DNA of 31,505 bases from a virus (taxonomy: Duplodnaviria > Caudoviricetes), in IMG/VR virus record IMGVR_UViG_3300046012_000437, positions 1-31,505 of that record; one strand, written 5' to 3'. A program made the translations under genes and the position numbers. The notes under the pieces are model-generated. The model had not been told where the DNA came from. It did not search any database and saw only the letters and a list, made by a program, of their open reading frames with translations. Shown here piece after piece: positions 8,035 to 16,500 of this stretch (its first letter is position 1; each line of letters starts with the position of its first letter).

Positions 8035-8712
8035 ATGACTGCGACTGCCGTACTCGATCATGGATTGGTTAGACTCGTCGACTACATGGGCTCAGACATC
8101 TCAATTGCACGGGCAGCCCGTGTGTCTTACAACGCAGCATGGCGCGCCGGCGAGGATCAGGGAAGCGATGAGAAACTGATCAGGTACCTGTGGAAAAATC
8201 ATCACACCACCCCATTCGAGGCAGTGACGTTCACCTTCGAAGTGAAGGCGCCGATCTTCGTGTTCCGGCAATGGCACCGACATCGCACTTGGTCGTTCAA
8301 TGAACTCAGCGCACGTTACCGCGAATTGCCTGAAGAATTCTACGTTCCGAAACTCGATGTAATGTCGAAGCAATCCGCGACGAATAAACAAGGTCGCTCA
8401 GACGAGGTCGTCAGCCAGCAATGGGCATCGACGCAGATCGGAAAGATTCAGGAGTCATGCGCGGCATCCTTCGATACCTACAAGGAGTTGCTGGCGATGG
8501 GGGTGGCACGCGAACTTGCGCGTTCGGTGCTGCCGGTCGCGACCTACAGTCATATGTTCGCGACGGTCGACTTGTTGAATTTGTTCAGATTCCTGACGCT
8601 GCGCTGCGACTCACATGCTCAGTATGAGATACGGGTCTATGCAGATGCGATCCTTGAAATTATTCGCGCGGTTGTCCCCGTGGCGGTGAGTGCGTGGGAG
8701 TCGACGCGATGA
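8035..8712 (+). CDS. thyX: FAD-dependent thymidylate synthase
   Basis: ThyX signature RQWHRHRTWSFNELSARY; also ARAARVSY, HTTPFE, ARELARSVLP, HAQYEIR. Confidence 0.96.
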   Translation: MTATAVLDHGLVRLVDYMGSDISIARAARVSYNAAWRAGEDQGSDEKLIRYLWKNHHTTPFEAVTFTFEVKAPIFVFRQWHRHRTWSFNELSARYRELPEEFYVPKLDVMSKQSATNKQGRSDEVVSQQWASTQIGKIQESCAASFDTYKELLAMGVARELARSVLPVATYSHMFATVDLLNLFRFLTLRCDSHAQYEIRVYADAILEIIRAVVPVAVSAWESTR

Positions 8713-9314
8713 CGCCAGAGCAAGAGAACGACATCGTGGAAGCGTACAAGAAAGGCACGACGGCAACTGAACTGCGTGAACGTTATCACACCACCAAGCA
8801 CGCTATCTCGACCGTGTTGAATAAAGCGGGCCTCATTCGCCCGATCAAGCAAGTTCTGTGGGACCCGGCGCATGTCGACTTCCTGAAGGAGCAGGCGACG
8901 AACGGGGATCATTCCTATAATGAAATAACCAATATCTTGAACGCGAAGTTCGGAACGACCTACAGTCGTGTGGCGATATGCGGAAAATTGAATCGTCTGG
9001 GCATCAGCAAGAGGCCTAAACTGCCACCAAAGAAACCATCCCCTGAACGTCGCACCAGATTTGTGGCGGAAAAAAACAAAATCGAAGAATATGTGTCAGC
9101 GCCATTGGACGAGAGTGACGCACTGAACGTGTCCCTGATCGATCTCGAAGATGGAATGTGCAAGCAGTTGACCGGCGATGCGACGTACTGCGGAATCGCA
9201 ACGGGCAGTAGGCGGGTGTCATTGTGCTCTAAGCATCATTCGTTCAATTGTCAGAAAGTCATTCCCAAACCGCGGCAAGGATATCGATATTACGAACATA
9301 AAAAAAGGGCCTGA
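8709..9314 (+). CDS. gcrA: GcrA-like transcription regulator with an extra N-terminal HTH
   Basis: W...LK...SYNEI...SRVAICGKLNRLG N-terminal domain; SLIDLEDGMCK...YCG...LCSKH C-terminal domain. Confidence 0.8.
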   Translation: MTPEQENDIVEAYKKGTTATELRERYHTTKHAISTVLNKAGLIRPIKQVLWDPAHVDFLKEQATNGDHSYNEITNILNAKFGTTYSRVAICGKLNRLGISKRPKLPPKKPSPERRTRFVAEKNKIEEYVSAPLDESDALNVSLIDLEDGMCKQLTGDATYCGIATGSRRVSLCSKHHSFNCQKVIPKPRQGYRYYEHKKRA

Positions 9315-9336
9315 CATTTGCGTCAGACCCTTTGTT
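9301..9336. terminator. bidirectional intrinsic terminator
   Basis: AAAAAAGGGCCTGAC-ATTTGC-GTCAGACCCTTTGTT (one mismatch in the stem) between convergent genes. Confidence 0.7.
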
Positions 9337-9347
9337 ATCGCGTCGAG

Positions 9348-9500
9348 TTATTCTTGCAATAGCCGAATAACTTTTTCTACTTGGTTCTTCCGGATCGTCC
9401 ATCGTTCCCCCTTCGAGTGGTTCAACTTGCGACGTAGGCGTGACCTAACGCGAGCGGGGTCCATTTTCACCTTTTTGGCAAGTTCCTGGATGGTCATCAT
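9348..9500 (-). CDS. small HTH-like DNA-binding protein (paralogue 3)
   Basis: AGGAG 8 nt before ATG 9500; MMTIQELAKKVKMDPARVRSRLRR...GERWTI. Confidence 0.75.
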   Translation of the reverse strand: MMTIQELAKKVKMDPARVRSRLRRKLNHSKGERWTIRKNQVEKVIRLLQE

Positions 9501-9644
9501 TTCCATTACTCCTTTACAGTTGCCCCAGTGGCCTAAACATAACACAAATTTATCCTTAATCCGTAGTCCGATAGCGGACATAACGTCCGGAATTAAATTC
9601 CGTATTTTTTACGGGAAAAGACTGTTTTTCTTGCATGGTTTCCG

Positions 9645-9673
9645 TTGACACAGCCACGGGTATGGGCTAAGGT
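9645..9673 (+). promoter_or_regulatory. sigma70-type promoter
   Basis: TTGACA-N17-TAAGGT in a divergent intergenic region; GGAGG RBS and ATG 9698 follow. Confidence 0.7.
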
Positions 9674-9697
9674 GCCATTATTGAAACGGAGGACGAC

Positions 9698-9925
9698 ATG
9701 CACACCTGGTCAATCACCGAAACGTATCTCGCCCGAAAATCGTTCATCTTGACCGCTACGGACGATGACGATTTGATTGCACAGGTGCAAAAATTCGCTG
9801 ATGACGCTAACCGCGATATCGGCAAACTGCAGGTCGAAAACTTCACTGACGAGATGCACTTTTATTTCACTCGTCGCAACCGCACCCGCATATTCATGCG
9901 CGTGCAGTATGAAGGCCGGGAATAA
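9698..9925 (+). CDS. hypothetical protein
   Basis: GGAGG RBS; 75 aa. Confidence 0.7.
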   Translation: MHTWSITETYLARKSFILTATDDDDLIAQVQKFADDANRDIGKLQVENFTDEMHFYFTRRNRTRIFMRVQYEGRE

Positions 9926-9946
9926 TCCCAAAAACTGGAGGACACC

Positions 9947-10339
9947 ATGACCACACTCACCGAACTGAACGCACTGCGTACCGCCGCCGGCATGAAACCC
10001 CTCAAGGCGTGGAAAGAGTCGAAGGCGAAACTCGACGCAGCCGTGGCGAAGTTGCAAGAAACCATGCCTGCACTAACTCGCGCAATGACGACAGACGCAA
10101 AGCCCGCCGGCAAGAAAGTCGTCGTCAAGAAGACTGCAGCAAAAAAGGCGACAGGCGAAGGCGTGAAGGTATCGACAATCGCCGAGGAACTGGGTATTGA
10201 TCCCAAAGTCGCACGCGCGAAGTTGCGTCGTCATTTCGGCGACACGCCAAAGTCAGGTGGGGGTCAATGGGTATTCACGAAGGACAAGGTGGCCGAGATC
10301 AAGGCCATCCTGAAAGGCGACGCGCGCAAGAAGGATTGA
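9947..10339 (+). CDS. Lys/Ala-rich protein with C-terminal HTH-like domain (paralogue 4)
   Basis: GGAGGA RBS; VSTIAEELGIDPKVARAKLRR...GGQWVF. Confidence 0.75.
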   Translation: MTTLTELNALRTAAGMKPLKAWKESKAKLDAAVAKLQETMPALTRAMTTDAKPAGKKVVVKKTAAKKATGEGVKVSTIAEELGIDPKVARAKLRRHFGDTPKSGGGQWVFTKDKVAEIKAILKGDARKKD

Positions 10340-10737
10340 CACGTCGCCACGTTATCGCAGGGCTCACGTTCACCACGTGGGCCCTTTTGCTTGGCCGGGT
10401 GCAGGCACGCGACAATGGACAATGGGAACTTAGCGATCCGGTGATCCGCGAATGGTTCAGAACCTTGAAACGTCCAGGCACCAATTACTCATGCTGTGAT
10501 CTCAGCGACGCGTACTGGGCGGACAAGACGTTCGTCAAAGATAACAAAGTTTATGCCGTCATTACTGATGACCGCGACGACGCATTACTCGGTCGCCCGC
10601 ATGTCGATGTCGGCACGGTGATCGAGGTGCCCGATGACGTGTTGAAATGGGACCGCGGTAATCCAACTGGCCACAACGTTATCTTCCTGACTGTGAATCA
10701 ACAACCACTCTGTTTCGTTCAGACGGGCGGTGCGTGA
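10336..10737 (+). CDS. exported hypothetical protein with twin-Arg-like leader
   Basis: TTGA overlap; MTRRHVIAGL...VQA then RDNGQW...SCC...DAYWAD...KWDRGNPTGH...CFVQ. Confidence 0.7.
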   Translation: MTRRHVIAGLTFTTWALLLGRVQARDNGQWELSDPVIREWFRTLKRPGTNYSCCDLSDAYWADKTFVKDNKVYAVITDDRDDALLGRPHVDVGTVIEVPDDVLKWDRGNPTGHNVIFLTVNQQPLCFVQTGGA

Positions 10738-10895
10738 TGACACTAGAGGAATGGATTGAACGCGAGTTCGCCGGCTATGGCGTTGCTGTTCGGCGCAAGT
10801 CTGACGCGCCCATTGATGGTGAACCGTTCATGTCGATGAAAGAAGCCAAGGAATTGACCCGCAGAGCGGTAGCGGCATTTGGAGATAAGTCATAG
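10737..10895 (+). CDS. small hypothetical protein (52 aa)
   Basis: MTLEEWIEREFAGYG...; coupled to both neighbours. Confidence 0.5.
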   Translation: MTLEEWIEREFAGYGVAVRRKSDAPIDGEPFMSMKEAKELTRRAVAAFGDKS

Positions 10896-11407
10896 TGTGG
10901 TACGTCTTGGCGATCCGTTCACAGCGGTATAAATCGATCAGAGAGAAACTCGACGGCATTCCTGTGCCATCATATTACCCCATGCGCGCGGTGTGGCGCA
11001 AGCAGCGAACTGGACCACGAAAGCGTGTCGAATACCCATTGATACCGAGCTACCTATTTGTGGATGTTGACCTGACAAAAGGCAATCGGACGTACAGTGC
11101 GAAAACAATACTCTCAATCGATGGGGTGATCAATTTCCTCGGCGTCAGAGGAGAGCCTAGCGAGTGTGACCTCGACAAACTCGACGCGATACGTCGAAGC
11201 GAGGCAAGGGGCGACTACGACGAAACGCTGGCACATATTGAACAACTGTTAATTGGTCAGAAGATGACCATCGAAGATGGGCCGTTCCGGGACCTCACTG
11301 CCACCATTACTACTATCTGTGGCAATCAAGTGATGGCTGATATTCAAATGTTCGGCCGAACGATGGCAGTCAAAATTAGCATTGACAAACTGGCACGTCA
11401 GCTTTAA
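10895..11407 (+). CDS. nusG: NusG/RfaH-family transcription antiterminator
   Basis: NGN domain (WYVL...PLIPSYLFV...GVINFLG) plus KOW (GQKMTIEDGPF...V...MFGR); directly upstream of terminase. Confidence 0.88.
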   Translation: MWYVLAIRSQRYKSIREKLDGIPVPSYYPMRAVWRKQRTGPRKRVEYPLIPSYLFVDVDLTKGNRTYSAKTILSIDGVINFLGVRGEPSECDLDKLDAIRRSEARGDYDETLAHIEQLLIGQKMTIEDGPFRDLTATITTICGNQVMADIQMFGRTMAVKISIDKLARQL

Positions 11408-11489
11408 TGGCCATTACTGGAGCTCGGGTACCCCTAAGCAGCACCTGCTTTGACCGAACCGGTGGGCTAAACCCACGCGATGGGATTAT

Positions 11490-11879
11490 TTGCCTTTGAG
11501 TAAGTGGCGAAAACCGCGCACGACTGATATCCGAGGCCGAGGCGGCAGACGCCCGGGCTCCGGTCGCAAGAAGGGCACAGCCAACAAGCTCGACGCGGAG
11601 ATTCGTCAAAAGGCCGCCGAGGAAGGTATCCTTCCCGTCCAATACATGCTCAAGGTGATGCGCGACGCTCGCGTACCCAAAGCACGGCGCGATGCAATGG
11701 CAATCGCCGCCGCTCCTTATCTTCATGCTAAGCTGTCATCCGTCGAGCTCAAGAACAAGAAGGGCGAGGCGTTGAGACTGGCGACACAGGATATGTCCGC
11801 GAAAGAAGCGGCCGATGCTTTTGCCACCACATTGAGTCAGCCCACATTCGAAGATGATGAAGACGTCACTCGCCACTAA
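11490..11879 (+). CDS. terS: terminase small subunit (putative)
   Basis: GGRRPGSGRKKG, P-x-x-YML-x-VMRD and AAAPYLHAKL; position before terL; start uncertain. Confidence 0.7.
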   Translation: MPLSKWRKPRTTDIRGRGGRRPGSGRKKGTANKLDAEIRQKAAEEGILPVQYMLKVMRDARVPKARRDAMAIAAAPYLHAKLSSVELKNKKGEALRLATQDMSAKEAADAFATTLSQPTFEDDEDVTRH

Positions 11880-13545
11880 GTGGCCTCCCGACTACACATC
11901 TATCTATGCCCAACGCCAACAGGATTTGCTCCATATCAAGAGCGATCCTGTTTTGCTTTATGGGGCTAAAGAGTATTACCGCAATCGTCCCATCGATTTC
12001 ATCAATCACTGGGGTCTGACCTACGACCCGCGAGTCGCTGGCAGTGATCGACCGACGCGTCTTCCCTTTATCTTGTTTCCTCGGCAACGTGAGTTAATCA
12101 CATTCCTGCAGAAATGCCTCAATGATCAAGAAAACGGCTTGGTCGAGAAGTCACGCGATATGGGCGCCACTTGGGTATGTGGCGCTTTTTCTGTTTGGCT
12201 TTGGCTGTTTGTTGATGGGGCATCGGTGGGGTGGGGTTCACGCAAAGAACAACTGGTCGACCGTATCGGCGATCCCGACAGCATCTTTGAAAAAATGAGA
12301 GTGCTGATCCGCAGCTTGCCTGGGGAATTTCTGCCATCGGGCTTTAGCGCGAATGATCACATGACTCACATGAAGATCATCAACCCAGAGAGCGAGTCGA
12401 CTATCACAGGGGAGGCTGGCGACAACATTGGCCGCGGTGGTCGTAAACTTATTTATTTCAAGGATGAAGCCGCCCACTATGAGCGTCCCGAAAAAATCGA
12501 AGCCGCACTCGCCGACAACACCAATTGCCAGATTGACATTTCCAGCGTCAACGGCTTGGGCAATGTGTTTCATCGTCGCCGAGAAGCCGGCATCGAATGG
12601 TCGTCCGGCAAGCAAATCCCGAAAGGAACCACGCGCGTCTTCATCATGGATTGGCGCGATCATCCCGCAAAAGATGAGGCATGGTATGAGACACGTCGCA
12701 AGAAAGCGGTCAACGATGGTCTTCTACATATCTTCGCTCAAGAGGTTGATCGTGATTACTCGGCTGCGGTCGACGGCATCATTATACCGTCACTGTGGGT
12801 CAAGGCGGCAATCGACGCGCACCTCGACCTTGGCTTCGACGACTCCGGCGCATGGGGCGCGGCTCTCGATGTCGCAGACGGTGGAGGAGATACTAATGCC
12901 CTTGCTCTGCGCAAAGGCGTCATCCTCAAGTCCTGTGAAGAATGGGGCGAAAGAGACACCGGCGTTACCGCGCGCAAGGCAGTGGGCATTTGCCGCGATC
13001 ATGGCACGATAGATGTCCAGTACGACTGCATCGGCGTCGGCTCGGGCATCAAGGCCGAAGTCAATCGTCTGCTCGACGAAAAACTCATGCCGAAAAATGT
13101 TCGCTTCTTTCCGTGGAACGCCGCGGCCGAGGTGCTCAAGCCCGAGGGTCGCGTGGTCGAGCAAGACAAAGAGTCACCGATCAATAAGGATTTCTACGGC
13201 AACCTCAAGGCGCAGGCATGGTGGCAGCTTCGTCGCCGGTTCGAGAAAACATATCGTGCTCTTCAGAAACTCGACGGTGATCCAGACCAGCAGGACTTCA
13301 CGTGGGAACCCGACGAACTTATTAGTCTCCCAAGCAATTTGCCCAACCTGCGCAAGATCGAGAAGGAACTGTCACAGCCTACAGCGAGCCAAGGGGCGCG
13401 CATGAAGTTGATCGTCGATAAGACACCCGAAGGCACGCGTTCGCCGAACCTCGCCGACGCAATCGTGATGGCGTTCTGGCCTGTGAATCGTCCGCCTATG
13501 ATCATTCCACGAGGTCTCCTACAGCGCTCGAGGCATGTACGGTGA
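11854..13545 (+). CDS. terL: terminase large subunit
   Basis: Walker A-like EKSRDMGATW, Walker B YFKDEAAH, nuclease LDVADGGGD and SPNLADA. Confidence 0.93.
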   Translation: MMKTSLATKWPPDYTSIYAQRQQDLLHIKSDPVLLYGAKEYYRNRPIDFINHWGLTYDPRVAGSDRPTRLPFILFPRQRELITFLQKCLNDQENGLVEKSRDMGATWVCGAFSVWLWLFVDGASVGWGSRKEQLVDRIGDPDSIFEKMRVLIRSLPGEFLPSGFSANDHMTHMKIINPESESTITGEAGDNIGRGGRKLIYFKDEAAHYERPEKIEAALADNTNCQIDISSVNGLGNVFHRRREAGIEWSSGKQIPKGTTRVFIMDWRDHPAKDEAWYETRRKKAVNDGLLHIFAQEVDRDYSAAVDGIIIPSLWVKAAIDAHLDLGFDDSGAWGAALDVADGGGDTNALALRKGVILKSCEEWGERDTGVTARKAVGICRDHGTIDVQYDCIGVGSGIKAEVNRLLDEKLMPKNVRFFPWNAAAEVLKPEGRVVEQDKESPINKDFYGNLKAQAWWQLRRRFEKTYRALQKLDGDPDQQDFTWEPDELISLPSNLPNLRKIEKELSQPTASQGARMKLIVDKTPEGTRSPNLADAIVMAFWPVNRPPMIIPRGLLQRSRHVR

Positions 13546-16500
13546 GAAAACGTAAAGTCAAAAACGACCCCATGCCCGAGCTCAAGGTTGTGAGCACAGG
13601 AACGCGTCGCAAGGTCAGCGACCGCGTGGTGGAGCGATCACGCGTGAAGACCGACAAGGCCGAGAACGCGTTCGTCATTCCGCAGTTTCCCAAGTCGGCA
13701 TTACCGCCCGGTGTTAAGTCCGCTGACAAACATCCGCTGGCGATGGACTCTCAAATCATCGAGGTCAACGCCTGGGCTGCACAGTCGATGTATGCCGGCG
13801 CGTTCAACAATGGCGCGACGTTCCTCGGCTATCCTTATCTGTCTCAGTTAGCGCAGGTGCCTGAGTATCGCAAGATCGTCGAGACGACGGCGATGCACAT
13901 GACGCGTAAGTTCATCAGTTTGCAGAGCATTGGTGATAAAGAGGGTGCCGACAAGGCCGATAAGATCAAAGCCATCAACGATGACCTCGAGAACTTCAGG
14001 GTTCGTGACGTATTCCGACATGCCGCCGAGGTTGATGGATATTTCGGTCGCGCTCATCTTTACATCGATCTCGGCGAACCTGTTGACAAGAAAGAACTCA
14101 CATACACCATCGGCAATGGACGCGACGCGATTAGTCGGTTGAAAGTTGAGAAGGGGACACTCAAAGGCTTCAAGATCATCGAGCCTGTGTGGACATACCC
14201 TTCGAGTTACAATTCCAACAATCCGTTGACCGGCGATTGGTATAATCCTCAGTCGTGGTTCGTGCTCGGCAAAGAACTCCACGTCACGCGTTGCCTTCGC
14301 ATGGTGGGTCATGAGGTTCCTGACCTGCTCAAGCCTGCGTATGCGTTCGGTGGGCTATCGATGACACAGATGGCCAAACCATATGTCGATAATTGGCTGC
14401 GCACACGTCAGGCTGTGGCCGACACTGTGTGGTCGTTCTCGGTGTCGGGCGTCTCGACAGATCTCGCGACCATCATGCAGGGTCAAGGCGACGAGTTGTT
14501 CGCTCGCGCCGAACTGTTCAACAATCTCCGCAACAACCGCGGATTGATGATGCTGAACAAAGACACTGAAGAATTTTTCCAGGTCAACACGCCACTCGGA
14601 ACCCTCGACAAACTTCAGGCACAGGCGCAGGAGCACATGGCGTCGGTGTCATCGATACCGCTCGTGTTCTTGCTTGGCATCACGCCGTCAGGCCTCAACG
14701 CGTCGAGCGAAGGCGAGATACGCGTGTTCTACGATTTCATCGAGTCGTATCAGAACAAGTTTTTCAAAGAACCGTTGACGCGAGTGATCGACTTCATCCA
14801 GCTCAATCGCTGGGGCGAGATTGACCCAGAGATCACGTTCAAATTCGAGCCACTCTGGTCGATGACCGACAAGGAATTGGCCGAAGTCGATAAGATGGAA
14901 GCCGAGACCGATGACTTGCGTATCAATGGCGGCGTGATATCGCCCCTCGAGGCGCGCGTTCGTCTTGCTCATTCCCCAGAAACTCCGTACGCCGAGCTTG
15001 ACGTGACTGTGATTCCGATTGCACCCGGATCGCAGGACATGAACGACGACGGGATCATCGAGCCTGGCGAGGAAGAGCCCATCGGCGGTGAAGGTCTCGA
15101 TCCCGGCAAACCCAGTGATGGGGGCGGTGTGGATGATAAGCCCCATAAATGGGATGAAGAAGGAAACCCTTTCGCGGCTGACAACGCATTTGCCTGGGAT
15201 TTTGAGGAATCAAAACATCCGCGCGGTCAGCCGAAAAATGCGGGGCAATTTGCTAAAGGGGTAAGCGGTAGCAAGGTGACACCGGCTATCCGCCCTACCT
15301 ACGCTGCTACTGCTAATCATGGATATGGTAGCCAAGTAACAAAAAATGGAATGCGTCACAAAGGTTTTTCAGAGGAGTCAGCGGCGGAAAACTATGCTAA
15401 GACTATGAATGAAGCATCTCAAGAAGACCATGACCAGATGCTTAAAAACCATTATGCAGATAACATGAGGAGAAATTTTGAAGGGCTTGGTATTCAGCAT
15501 TTTGATAAATTTGATCCTAAAGAACAAGAAAAACTTCTTAACCTTGAGCACTTGGAGCCTGACTTTCAGGGCATGAATTTCAATGCGGCTAAGTCCTCAC
15601 CATTAGTACTAGATAAAACCCTAACTCCGACAGAAGGCGCGATCATTGCTGCTTATACTGGTGCGGAGTGGAAAAAAACTAATAGGGCTTTACGCAAAGG
15701 AAAAATTGATACCCATTCAAATGAATTTGCTCAGAATTTGAATGATGCATTGGAAAAAATCCCCCCCTTCAAAGGTACTACCCATCGCGTTGTAAAATTT
15801 GGCCCTAAAGAACTTGAGGGATTGATGCCCGGAGCCACATTAACCGATAGGGGATTTTTTAGCACCAGTAAAGACAACAATATGAAATCGAAGGGCATCA
15901 AGGGTAATGTTACGATGGAAATTCACGGAACTACCGGTCGTGATATTTCATCATTGTCTCATAGCAAATATGAAGAGGAAGTTTTATACCCGGCAAATAG
16001 TCGGTTTGAAGTTGTCTCAAGAAATGATGCCTCCGATGGCAAAATTCATGTTGTTCTTAAACAGTTATCCGGTAATCAAGCACATGACGAGGCACACTTC
16101 GAAGAATCGAAGCATCCACGCGGTCAACCCGGCAACGCCGGTCAGTTTGGTCCAGGCGGTGGTAAATCGTCGTCAAGTGCTGCGGCATCTGTGCATAAAC
16201 ACGCTGAATCCTTGATGAAAAAAACCGCTGGTATCAGCGGCAAATATCGCCAAGGCATTCAGAATATCTTGAAAGCCAATCCCGAACTTCCGGGTCATAT
16301 CAAAATTGGTCTCAAGATGAAATTGATTGAGTCCTATTCATTAAAATCTGCACAACTCGAAAAGAATGGTGATCCTAAAGCCAAAGCCGTAGCCATGAAA
16401 GCGGCCAAACTTGCCAAAGCATTGGGTACAAGTACTCCGATTGTCAAGCCCAGCGATGTTTCGTTTAGCAAACCTGATCCAGCAAGCCCCGAAGAATTGA

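Noticed and set aside
9540-9640. CtrA box (TTAA-N7-TTAA) in the divergent promoter region
   Set aside because: Only isolated TTAA half-sites without the correct spacing.
9178-9648. 156-aa plus-strand ORF across the terminator
   Set aside because: Crosses gcrA, a terminator, a minus-strand gene and promoter DNA; not protein-like.
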